This document shows positions 45,359 through 56,930 of a DNA stretch of 64,000 bases, piece after piece. This DNA comes from Eukaryota sp. TZLM1-RC (lineage: Eukaryota > Protista > Metamonada: BaSk clade), in the NCBI GenBank assembly GCA_040285825.1, contig JAUPSS010000004.1:6105784-6169783 (forward strand). The letters run 5' to 3'. Each line of letters begins with the position of its first letter. The first letter of the stretch is position 1. Under the pieces are notes generated by a model. The model was not told where the DNA came from. It did not search any database and saw only the letters and a list, made by a program, of their open reading frames with translations. Made by a program: the position numbers and the translations under genes.

Positions 45359-46699
45359 AGTCTCTTTTTTGATGAGATTCGTGTGACTAGCAGTTTACAC
45401 TATTTAATATTTCCTTACTACTTTCAATTTTGATTAAAGTCTTTTTGTTCAAGTTAATTTCTAGTTTCTTCTCACAAATAATAGAAATTATATAAAATAC
45501 ACAATTTTCACTCTTATAAACCGACGCAGTTGTGTAGTGGTTTAAATAGGGTTTTTTGACCTGTTGGTAATACTTCTTACACTGTTTAACTTTTTGATTA
45601 CAATAGCCCAGCTTGTGACAGAGCTCTTAATACAGTAGCAGTGTAAGTGTGCATATTGTTAAAGATTCTACAGTACATAATAACGATATCTACTTTTGGA
45701 AATCAAAACAAAATTTTATTCGAAATTCACTATCTACTGTTTAAAGATTTACTGCAAAGATTATATGAAAAACCTTCTAACACATTCATTTCATAATTGA
45801 GGTACCCATAAATAAATTATTGCTATTCAGTTTTTAGCGATTCGCACAACACACAATTGATGATGTTTGCGACATGAGACGAAAATCATAAATCTATCAC
45901 AAACAACATCAATCAATTGTAGTAATTTTAAATTGAGCTGAATTTGTGAAATTCCGAATTGAATGATTTTGATGTTTCCAGACATTTTTTGGGAATAAAT
46001 TTCTGTGGGTGTAATTTTAATTCCTCAAAAACTGAATAAATGAAATTCAAAGGGATGCACCTGATCGATGTTTAAATTGTATAAAGGTGATATTTCGGAA
46101 TTTAAGGAATTACAGAGAATTCCTGGAGAAAAAAATAATTCTATCTCAGGAAGAATTCGTTAATTCCCTGAAAGAGCCAAGTTTCTGAATGTTTACATCT
46201 GAATTATACATCATGTTACTGGAAATATAATGTGAACCAGATTTTCATCCGTGTTGGCGCCATAAGGCTTATATAATATGAATAGAAAATAAATCAACTT
46301 TTCTTTACTACAATAGACTTAAGGCAATATTGTTAGTAAAAGGGACAACAGAATCGTTTATCACAAGGTCTTGAGGAGAAGAACCAATCAGAAGACATTT
46401 GCTCGCATTGAGATGAAGTCCAATATTTTCATATGAATCGGCAATTTCTTGTTTCACACCAGATGATGATTTCAAAGCAAATAAATTAATTCTTAAATCT
46501 TAAATCTGAAGAAATTAAGTCTGAGTCTTTTCCATAAAATGATAGAAAGAACTGGAAAGTTCAGGGAGTTGAGATTCAAATACATAAAAATTTGCTTTCC
46601 GTAACGGTCACATAAGCATAATTTTCGGAGAACTTTGGTTTTTTTTTCGGTTTTTTTAATTCCAAATTGTTCTCAAAACATTTTTTTGTTTATTTGACT

Positions 46700-49600
46700 T
46701 GATTTTTTTAGTACTGTATTTTTTATTGAAATAAAATTCTATCTAGTATTCAATATCCTCCAAAGAAGCATCACTATTACTAAACCTACTCACAGTATTT
46801 CGTTTATATTCTACACCAATAGCCTAAGAGCTTTAGAAATCATTGTTGGAACAGACTTGAAAATGCAAAAACAACAATTCTATTTAACCAGAAAGTGGAA
46901 GTCATTTTTTTACGAGATCTATTTAATAAAACTTTTTGCAAATTTTCAAATAAGTGTAATCCTGAAGGTCCAATATTGCCAAAAAGGAAAATTGCAAACG
47001 GTACAAACTGATATTTCACATGTTAGGCTCTACCTAATTTTGCCAATGGTTCCTCATATTTTTTTATTATCTTTTTTCGGCGTTAGGGAGCGGCGAATCA
47101 GCGGAATACGCTAAACGAGCAGCAGAATTTTTGCAGACATCTACCGTGTCAAAATCCACAACGTTGAGAACACCATCGATCCCTGGAGCTACTAAATCTG
47201 CCATTCTTTTACCAAAAGAATCATCAGTTTGATCTGGAGATAGCTTACGTACTAAAGGTTCAATAAATGCCCTTCTATATTGAATCTTCTGCACATAGCA
47301 TATAATTGATCACGAAATGAATCACGAACAATTGAGCGATAAGTTATAAAATATTTGCAGTTTATAACATGGGAAAGCGTAACCACACTCTTGCAGCGAC
47401 AAATTAAATCATTTGGAAACGAAGATGGCCACAAGAAACATCTCATTCTCATTGCAGTGATCCATTGGTGATCATTAAGTAGAAGGCCATAAATGTTGGG
47501 AATTTGGGAAATTAGGCAACTTGAACAACTGTCTTCAAGATCAATCAAAAAGTTTGCAAAAACGGGATTATTTTCTTTAGCCAAGCTAAGACGTACAATA
47601 TAATTCAAGTTTTCTAAAACTTTTCAGATTTTGTTCCTGCAATTTTTCAAAAGTCAGTGGTAAGGAGAGCAAATTTCTTGAAAGAAGTTCCACAATATCA
47701 GAGGAAAAACATTTAGACCAAATATTTGGTGGAAGAGTTTCAATGTTCTGTTGAAAGAAATAAGATAAGAGCTGCCACAGTTTTCAATGAGATCAATTTT
47801 TTTGGAAAGCGATTCACAAATTCAAAAATAAAAGTTTTACCACCTCCAATAAAGGCAGTTCTACAAAAGTAGCTTGATTAATGAAAATCAACACCATCAT
47901 AATCTGTACCACCAAAAAAGTGGCTTCCTAACTGAGATGCATCAATTTCCAATAGTTTTGCTAAAAAAATTGGTTCTTTGTTCATTGAAAATTCGACAAA
48001 ATTCCAAAGAAATTGATGGTGTCGTTGATCTCAAAATATGAGTAAATTTTTCTGAATAACAATTTTTTAGGAAAAAGAATTTCAAATGTTTCTCAATAAT
48101 TAAATTTTTTATTGATTCTGATTCATTTCCAAATTTAGTCAACAGAGTCGAAAGTTGGCCATTGACTTCTTCAATATTTTCGATATAACAACCCAAAAAA
48201 CGAAAACTAGTCTGATTATAATTGATGAAGGGGACATTGACATCATTAATGAAAAAAATCAATTGGTTTATGGCCTATATTCAGACATTTGGAGATATGT
48301 AATGAGAGACCAATATCTTCATTTCGCTGTTGCATAAAAGTTGCTATTTTTTTGAGAACTCAAGTAGCAGCAATGACAGAAATGTCATTTATATATGCTA
48401 CATGATGCCGTTAGGCAGAAATACCAAAGAAGTAAAGAGAGAAAAGAAGAGAGAAAATAGCCTGTATCAATAAAGAAACCCGTTTTTCAACGAGTGCCAC
48501 GTCATCAAGTGAAATCCTGAGATAACCACTAACTATATTTACCAGTAACTATAACACTACTTCTTCCCATTTTCCTTTCAACAGTTTCTAAAATAACTTA
48601 ACACAATGAGGAGAGGGAATTCGACAAATACTGGGGTGGGTCGTTGCAGACACGGAGATGATTCACTTCGTGTTTTACTTTAGAGGGACAATCGCGAGAC
48701 AAATGGCCCTTTTGATGGCACTTGAAGTAGGTTTTTTCAGCCAAATTGCGAAATCTGTTGCATGACCGAGATTTCATTCCAGCTTGGCGCAGAGAGTCAG
48801 TAGTTTCATGGAAAGTCTTTGGAGATCTGTTCCAAGAGATTACTCGAGAGCAATCAAGGAGTTCATCTTCTGCAGTACTTACCAATGTAGGAAAGTCGGG
48901 GAATACCTCGTCCCTAATGCGAGAAATCAGCGATTTCTGTAATCCTATTAGAAGAATCTCCAAGCATCTGCAGTGAGGGCCAATTATTATTGATGCCGTT
49001 AGGCAGAAATACCAAAGAAGTAAAGAGAAAAAAGAAGAGAGAAAGAGCCTTTATCAATAAAGAAACCCGTTCTTCAACGAGTGCCAAGTCATCAAGTAAA
49101 ATCCTGAGATAACTACTAACCTTATTTATCAGTAACTATAACATACAGTATCTATTTGTGGGAATTTTTCTTTTAATTCGCACATTAAAGGATGAATTGC
49201 CAAGCAGAAAAAAGGACCAAGAGGATCGCCCTGTTTAACACTTGAAGAAGACAGCAGGTCAATGTTTTCATAGACCAATGTTGATGATTTTTCAAAAAAA
49301 GAACCTGAGAAAAATGCTTTTGCAACAAAGAGAAAATGAAAGAACGTGATACAGAATTAAAAGCATATTTGAAATCTAAATTGAAGATGTAATTAGGATT
49401 ACTGAAATTCAAAAATACATCAGACAAAAGGGCAGCAGATGAAGCACCATCAATTGTCTAGATTCCAAATTGAAAGGTACTGAGGAATTCTTTGGCCTTT
49501 TTTCCAATTCTAATAAAACAAGAGACGCAAAAATTCTGGAGAACGATTCTCCAATTGCAATTGGACGGATTCTAGATGGGTTTTTCTTGATGACAATTAA

Positions 49601-49700
49601 ACGAGCACTAAAATATTGAAATTTACATTTTATAACTTTGAAAAAAGTGCTCAAAATACAGCATATTACCAACACTATCAATGACTACTTTATTATTTGA
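46700..49700 (-). mobile_element. CRE-like non-LTR retrotransposon (family A), longest copy with RT core, interrupted by an LTR element
   Basis: RPIAIGE, LDFKYAFNSVSR, KQGDPLGP, VAYINDI (decayed YxDD), FLGCY, CCHC and RLE motifs; frameshifted; stop at 46743-46745. Confidence 0.9.
48403..49143 (-). mobile_element. Short non-autonomous LTR retroelement (741 bp) with gag zinc-knuckle remnant and 4-bp TSD TACA
   Basis: LTRs at 48403-48556 and 48991-49143 (TG..CA). TACA at 48399-48402 and 49144-49147. Purine tract GAAAGGAAAATGGGAAGAAGTAG abuts the 3' LTR. YFKCHQKGHLSRDC knuckle. Confidence 0.9.
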
Positions 49701-49704
49701 CTAC

Positions 49705-50090
49705 TTTGTTATTTGTCGAATATCTCACTTTCCATTTCCATTACTTAAGGAACAGTTCACAAGCGAATTACTGCTTTTTCAATTTGACCATTGGCACTCA
49801 GGATCATGATACTCTAGGCGGTTATAATGTTATTAGTTGAATTTGCAGTAGACAAGCATCTGTTGAGTTGGTAACATCATATGAAAGCAAAGTCAACAAT
49901 GACTTCAGAGTTATCAATACAATCGCAGTAAATAACACATCTCTCTTCAGATCATTCAATGGAATGTCTCCTTCAGCACATGTTCCTTGACGAAGAGATT
50001 CCTCACTTCTTGCAAAATTGTCTCAAACATCATTATGTAGGGAAGAGCGAAAACTTATCAGTGAAGAAAAATTGAGAGCAAAGGGCATTG
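49705..50090 (-). mobile_element. Diverged, deleted non-LTR family D-like fragment
   Basis: LISFRSSLHNDV and CDCIDNSEVIVDF, similar to ORF 35524. Confidence 0.65.
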
Positions 50091-50176
50091 TGTGTTGTGA
50101 ATACAGTTTTACTAAGTTTATTATTGATGTTTTTCGGCAGTTTGATAAAATCAAAAGAGTCTGATTATTCACCTTC

Positions 50177-51706
50177 ATGTTCAGAATCACAGTTTTTCTG
50201 GCTCTTTGTCTACTTGCTATTGCTTCAGCAAGCTATCAAGGAACATCTCTCATTGAGGAAAATGCCATCGGAAGTGGTTTCAAAACCACACTAACCCAAC
50301 GTGGTGTCAATCATATTCGTGATATTTTGGTAGCTGAAATTCGTAAGAATATCGGGAAGATCACCATTCCAGATGTTTCAGGCAAAGTTTGGTACACCTT
50401 TCAGTTCTCTGAACGCAGGAACATCACATTAAATATAAGGTTAAGCATATTCAGATCAAGGTATGTCAGTTACTTCCTCTTACACAAGAATGTTAAGTTT
50501 GGTGCGGTAAAAGTCGCCAACACGAAATCCGGCGTGAAACTCAGCATCAAGGATATTGCTTTCGATATTAAGTGCAAGTGGTCAATCAAGTATTACAGAT
50601 TTCGAGTGACTAACCTTAGGTATCATATTGTCAAGGATTCCGGCAAAGTTGACATTCATGTTAGAAAAACAAATGTTGGGGTCTCCCTTGATGTCAAGGC
50701 TGCTTCTAACGGTAAACCTTCTGCTAAGTCACACAGCCCTGAAATGCATATTGGTCATTTAAGTGTAAAATTCCATGGCGGGGTAACCTCCAAATTCATT
50801 AACATTTTCAAAAAAAGTGTTGCTAAGAAGATTCGTAAAACTGCTGAGAAAAAGGTTAGAGGTCAACTCACTGGTATCCTCAACAAAGCCATCAAGAAGT
50901 CTCTTTCCGATGTTCATCCCATCATTCCCATTGACAAGTATGCCGACTTTGATTTGCGATTGTTGAACATCGATTATGCAAAGAATCTCTTCATTAGCCC
51001 TGCATTCCATGGTAATTTCCTCTATCATGGTAATAAAAATCGTCCAGCCCTCAAAACCAACAAAATGCCTTCCCATATCAACGACAGACATGTTCAAATC
51101 TTTTTGTCCGAATATGTTTTCAATTCTGGTAGCTATGTTTACTTCCATAAGGGTCTCATGAAGGAAACTGTCACTGATAAGGATATTCCTCAGTCTAGCT
51201 GGATTCATCTTAATACCAAGTCATGGCGCTTTATTATCCCCGAAATGTATCAAAAGTACCCCGATATGCCAATGCAAGCCTCTATTGCCGCACGCAATTA
51301 CCCCAAATTAACCTTGAACAGTACCAATGTCAAGTTTAGTATTCCTGCCGTTGCCAATATCTCTGTTGTTACCCCTAATGGAGTTGCCAAAGACCTGGTC
51401 TCTGTAGCAATCAATGTAGAAACTGTAGCAAAGATCAAGTTGTCTGGTATGAGAGTTCATGGTCATATTGATCTTGTTGGCTTCAAGTTCCATGTTTTAA
51501 AGTCTGAATTTGTCAAGATTGATGAGAAAGAAATCAACAAGGTTATTAATGATCTTTGTAAATATGGTGTTGTTCCCTTCTTCAACCCTGCCTTAGAAAA
51601 GGGTCTAGAAATTCCTGTTACCAAGGGTGTTACTATCAAGAAACCCACTCTTGATTTTGGAAAGGGTTTCGTTGCCATCACTTCTGATATCGATTACAAG
51701 TTTTAG
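50177..51706 (+). CDS. BPI/LBP (TULIP) lipid/LPS-binding protein, copy 1; introns 50387-50418, 50461-50488, 50590-50619
   Basis: Signal peptide, GFKTTLTQRGVNHI, IPDVSG, LSEYVFNSGSYVYF, GLEIP..KP..DFGKGFVAITSD. The introns (32+28+30 nt) are hidden in the ORF track; splicing gives GK-EHHIKYKVKHIQIK-NVKF. Confidence 0.9.
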   Translation: MFRITVFLALCLLAIASASYQGTSLIEENAIGSGFKTTLTQRGVNHIRDILVAEIRKNIGKITIPDVSGKVWYTFQFSERRNITLNIRLSIFRSRYVSYFLLHKNVKFGAVKVANTKSGVKLSIKDIAFDIKCKWSIKYYRFRVTNLRYHIVKDSGKVDIHVRKTNVGVSLDVKAASNGKPSAKSHSPEMHIGHLSVKFHGGVTSKFINIFKKSVAKKIRKTAEKKVRGQLTGILNKAIKKSLSDVHPIIPIDKYADFDLRLLNIDYAKNLFISPAFHGNFLYHGNKNRPALKTNKMPSHINDRHVQIFLSEYVFNSGSYVYFHKGLMKETVTDKDIPQSSWIHLNTKSWRFIIPEMYQKYPDMPMQASIAARNYPKLTLNSTNVKFSIPAVANISVVTPNGVAKDLVSVAINVETVAKIKLSGMRVHGHIDLVGFKFHVLKSEFVKIDEKEINKVINDLCKYGVVPFFNPALEKGLEIPVTKGVTIKKPTLDFGKGFVAITSDIDYKF

Positions 51707-52548
51707 TTATTGTTATGTGTGTATAAATGTTAGTCCAATATCCAGTATCAATAAAATAAAAAAAGAAGGTGCAGGTTTTTTGAATTAAAATAGTGACGAA
51801 ACTTCTTTAAATTTCAATTGAGTTCACCCTTTCATACGAGTCTTTGGTAACTTCATCATTATTTCCTAAAAACGAACCCAAATGACGAATAGCGTCAATT
51901 GAATATAACTTAGCTGTGCATTGAATTTCAAACACCATGTTTGCAAAAACGTTGGGACAAAATGGCAATATTCCAAATCTTGTACAGACTTGGATTTTTG
52001 ATAAAAATTTAATATCAAGAAAAATCTACAAAGATACAAGAAATTGGACTTAGATACTTCTGACCATTCAAAGTTACCTGACATGATGCTTTTCAAGTAG
52101 AACACTGTTTTTAAATCCAATGCCTCTTACTATTCTGACTCTTAGATACTTCATTTGAATCATGAAAGTAATCAAATCAGAACTGTTCTCACTGAAAGTC
52201 ACACAGCATTTGGAGTTGTGCTCAGAAAAGAATTTGTTTATCAGAGAAGGAAGCAGTTATTGAACAAGGACAAAAGAATTGTACTGTATTTTTCCTTCAT
52301 TATCCAAGTTTTTCTACATAGAAACAAATTTTTGAAGATATTGACTTTTAGACTATAGTTTATTAATAAATTAAAATTAATTAGAAACAAAATGGTAGTG
52401 TTTTTTGACAAACGTAAAACAGGATGAAGATAATTTGGAATTTCATCAACATTTAAAGGAAAGTGTTGAGCCCAAATACTGCTACAAGGAGCAAGAGCAT
52501 AATGCTACACATAGATGCAAAATAACATTTATACACACATAACAATAA

Positions 52549-54099
52549 CTAAAACTTGTAATCGATATCAGAAGTGATGGCAACGAAACCCTTTCCAAAA
52601 TCAAGAGTGGGTTTCTTGATAGTGACACCCTTGGTAACAGGAATTTCTAGACCCTTTTCTAAGGCAGGGTTGAAGAAGGGAACAACACCATATTTACAAA
52701 GATCATTAATAACCTTGTTGATTTCCTTTTCATCAATCTTGACAAATTCAGACTTTAAAACACGGAACTTGAAGCCAACAAGATCAATATGACCATGAAC
52801 TCTCATACCAGATAGCTTGATCTTTGCGACAGTTTCTACACTGATTCCTACAGAGACCAGGTCTTTGGCAACTCCATTAGGGGTAACAACAGAGATGTTG
52901 GCAACAGCAGGAATATAAACCCTTACATTGGTACTGTTAAACGTTAATTTGGGGTAATCCTGGGCAGCTATAGACGCTTGCATTGGCATATCAGGGTACT
53001 TTTGATACATTTCAGGGATGATGTAGCGCCATGACTTAGTATTAAGATGAATCCAGCTAGATTGAGGAATATCCTTATCAGTGACAGTTTCCTTCATGAG
53101 ACCCTTATGGAAATAAACATAGCTACCAGAATTGAATACATATTCGGACAAAAATATTTGGACATGTCTGTCGTTGATATGTGATGGTAAATCATTGGTT
53201 TTGAGGGCTGGACGATTCTTGTTGCCATGATAGAGGAAATTGCCATGGAATGCAGGACTAATGAAGAGGTTTTGACCATAATTAATATTCAACAGGCGTA
53301 AATCAAAGTCAGCATAATTATCGATGGGAATAATGGGATGAACATCTGAAAGAGACTTCTGAATGGCTTGGTTGAGAATAGTGGTTAATTGACCCCTGAC
53401 TTGTGACTCAGCAGTGCTGCGGATCTTCTTAGCAATAGAGCCTTTAAAGAGGTTGATGAACTGGGAGATGACACCACCATGGAACTTAACATCTAGATGA
53501 CCAATGTGTATTTCGGGGCTGTGAGATCTAGCAGTAGGTTTCCCATCAGATGAGGCAGCAATATCAAGCGAAACTCCAGTATTGGTGTTTCTGACGTGAA
53601 TATCAACTCTACCATGATCACTTACAACGTGATATCTTGAATAAATTATTTCTTCGAGTTAAACATACTTAGCCTTCCAGTTGCAGTTGATATCAAAACC
53701 AACGCCTGTAATACTGAGTTTGACGCCAGTACCTGTCGACACAACATTAACGGCACCGAAATTGACATTCTGGGATAAATAACATGACTATACATACAGA
53801 GATACGAATGTCTTTCACTGAATACTTCTATAAGAAAATCAAAAGTACACTACCTTGATATGATGTTCCTTCGTTTAGTAGACTGTACAGTAACAAACTT
53901 TTCCTTCTATATTGGGAATGATAATTTGACCGATCTCCTTTCGGATTTCCGCAACAAGAATGTCACGAATATGATTAACACCACGCTGAGTCAAAGTAGT
54001 TTTGAAGCCACTGCCGATAGCATTTTCGGTAAGCGTGGATCCACCAAAAGTGGCAGAAGCAACAGCAATGAAACAAACAAGGAAGGTCAGCTTGTTCAT
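52549..54099 (-). CDS. BPI/LBP-like protein, copy 2; introns 53869-53898, 53825-53853, 53770-53797, 53636-53668
   Basis: Paralogue of copy 1; four GT-AG introns restore a continuous frame from ATG 54099. Confidence 0.88.
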
Positions 54100-54128
54100 A
54101 TCAATCAAAATTAATACAGCAAAATCAA

Positions 54129-54304
54129 ATTATGCAACCTATTGTCTGTGGTTTTCATTTGAAATCCAAGCATCATTCAAACTTATTCCAAGAACTTTCA
54201 TTCTTGGTGAGATCGTCCACAAACGTTCTAGAATCCTCGAATAATTGGCCACCAATCTCAGTGAGCCCATTTCTCCTCTAAAACAATACGTAGCTTTGAA
54301 GCTA
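54129..54304 (-). ncRNA. Candidate Fanzor omegaRNA: scaffold 54304-54149 + putative guide 54148-54129
   Basis: Second copy of the 37266-37431 scaffold, with hairpin CCAAGAAT-GAAA-GTTCTTGG and the same GAAAACCA end. Confidence 0.65.
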
Positions 54305-55990
54305 GTTTCTTTGTGGTCTCTTTAACGCTTCTGGTCTTGTTCCATAGTAGTGCTCCTCAACTGCAATTTCTAGCAGAAATGTCTCTAGACCATACTTGAT
54401 TATGTTCCGGACAGCTGAAATAGGCGTTGTGACTTTAACTGTCTCTATGAATCAACTTCTCGATAGATATTTTGGTGAGCAGTTTACCTTTGCAAATGGT
54501 TACAACTTGAGAAACGCCTTACGTGGTGTTTTCACTTTTTGATGTGATGTATCACCACCTCCATTGCCAAACCACACCTTTACTTCATAATATTACCTTC
54601 ATAGTCCTTATAGTCACCGATAGTTGATATTTCAAGCAGATAATGGTTCAATTTCTGCACGTCATAAACATCTATTGATGAGTGGGTCAGTGAAGCGGAG
54701 TGATTGATTTTTCGTTGCTTTGGTGCCAAGAAGATATTGGATACGGTTGGCCCTGAACGTGTTCCAATGCTGGAACCACATAGATTCGAGTGGTTGGGGT
54801 CGATGGCCCAGAACACCATTTCCGTTTGGTCATCAGGTGCCTGCCACTCAGTAGCTTTTGGTTTCTGGCGAGGTCTTGGCCGTTCAACCTTGGCTTGCAA
54901 GGTATGTTTTCTATTCCGAGTGGTTTCGTAGCAGTCAAGTTCCCCTCTGGATCTCTTATTACTCAAGGCTTCTCCGGACAATCTCACTCGTGTTGCTTTG
55001 GGGCGCGGCTTGAAAGTTATACGCTATCACCATTAGAAGACATGGTGTAGTCATTAGCTTTTGTTTTAAAAAAATAAATAACGGTTTTTCGAAATTGTTT
55101 GTGTTGTGTTTTTTTTTAAGAAAATATTTTTTTGTTGTGTTTTTGGAGATAAAATGGTTGAGAACCCATGTGGAAAAGGGAACAAAATCAGGCTTCCAAC
55201 TAGCGATGGGAGTGAGTCTATGTCGTCTAAAGGTATATGGAGAGGCTTGCTCCAGGTAGTTTTGGATTGTTAAGCCGCAACGAAAGATGTAGGTACTGTT
55301 GTCTTGATTAAGAGTCACTCTTCGAGAAGAAAGAAGAGTGTTGTACCTTTGAGTATCACCAACCCAGAAGTTAAACAGAGTAAGAGCCATGGTATGGTGA
55401 ATGATGAACCAAGAAAGAAGAGGTTCACGAAAGTTCGTGCTGTTGTGAAGAACAGAACCAGCATAAGTGGCTGGTGCAGGGCAGTTATAACCTACCGCAT
55501 ACGAGCGGAAGAAGTTAAGCTTCCACGACACAAGTCCATCAGCAAGAATCTGCTGGTAGTTGCCTTGCAGATGGCGGCACTTTGCATCCTCTAGTTGTTG
55601 TAGAGGCCTACTAGTGGGTAGTGCATGATTACGACCTGTTCTTGACAAGAACAAGACAGCAAACGGCCATGATGTAGAGATTCGCTCGAGTTTCTGATAC
55701 ACATGGCCTTTGCCAGGTCTGTTACATGGATGTCTGACTTTTGCCTTAGAGACCGCCACAAAGTCAAGACACTGGATCCAGAATTGATGCTGAGTCAGGA
55801 AATGACTGTCTTCAGGGAAGCGCACAGCAAAAACTCTGGCCAGCAAACTGCCAAGGTGAGCCATGGTGGTCACCTTGGGCAGCTGTCCATCAATGTAATC
55901 ACACACTGGCCGCTCAAAGAACTGATGAAGGGAGCAGGCACGTGTTCATGACTGCATAGTCCTTACTGAAAACGGAAGGTGCAGACAATC
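54302..55990 (-). pseudogene. Near full-length Fanzor family B pseudogene
   Basis: N-terminal VTTMAHLGSLLA; RLTPIASWKPDFVPF; FWAIDPNHSNL (RuvC-I D); LLEISTIGDYKDYE, VWFGNGGG and WSRD shared with the 36.7-kb copy. RuvC-II is removed by a deletion. Visibly more GC-rich than its flanks. Confidence 0.85.
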
Positions 55991-56261
55991 AAAAATGATT
56001 GATTTCTCAGTTTCAGTTACTTTTAAAATTTGGTGTATTTTCAACTCCTTACATCCACAAAACAATGAAACATGCAAAAACTGATAAATAGACACATTTC
56101 TAATAGATACTGGACATGCTTTAAGCATTTTCTCTCCTAAAAATAGTAAACTGATGCGAAATTTGACGAAATTGTTGTTAGTCAAAGCAGTTGTTCGTTT
56201 AATCAAGGGTGTTTGTAGATTCCAAAAATTCGTAAAGTTTCACAAATTAACTCCCTTATTT

Positions 56262-56930
56262 AGTCAACTCACTTTGGGCCATGCTCTAAATTGCTCTAAA
56301 TTGATAACTTATCGTTCTTCATTACATGATGCTGTTAGAGACACTGTTTTCAATATGGCACAAACTGCAAGGATATCGTGTATCAAAGAGCCCCTGCTGA
56401 AGGAAACACTTTCTCTGAATAATTTTGGTTCTGATGATAGAGGTGATGTATACTGTGATTGGATTGATAATTCTGAAGCTATTGTTGACTTTGTCTCATG
56501 TAATGTTGCAAATGATACTTTGGTTCACAGAAGAAAACATAATCCGGTGGCTGCTCTGGATTTTAAAGCAAGAGAGAAACATAGAAAATATGATAAAGAC
56601 ATTGAAGAGGCAAATGTCGATAGAAATACACAGCTCGTTTTTATTGCTTTCCCATGTTCGATAAATGGAAGATTATCAGTTGAAGCAGAAACTTTTTTGG
56701 ATGACTTCCAAAAAAAGGTGAAAGAAATACAATGAAAAGATTTGATATTTTTTTATGGCGTTCACGGATTCAATTTGCCATTATTAATAGATTACCGCGG
56801 TTTTTCAATCGAATTAGAGAAGCTTTAGCTAGACAGCAAGCAAATCAAGATTTTGTAGAGGAAATCTTGGTTTAATGATAGTCGTCCCATTAGTTATGAT
56901 TTAATTTAATCAAGTGTGCAAATTCAATAA
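56262..56930 (+). mobile_element. 5'-truncated non-LTR family D copy
   Basis: Highly similar to 35708-36373 (HALNCSKLITYRSSLHDAVRD...). Confidence 0.9.

Noticed and set aside
45522-45650. tRNA-like sequence (GTGTAGTGGTTTAA)
   Set aside because: No T-loop GTTCRA and no acceptor stem; only a 9-bp inverted repeat.
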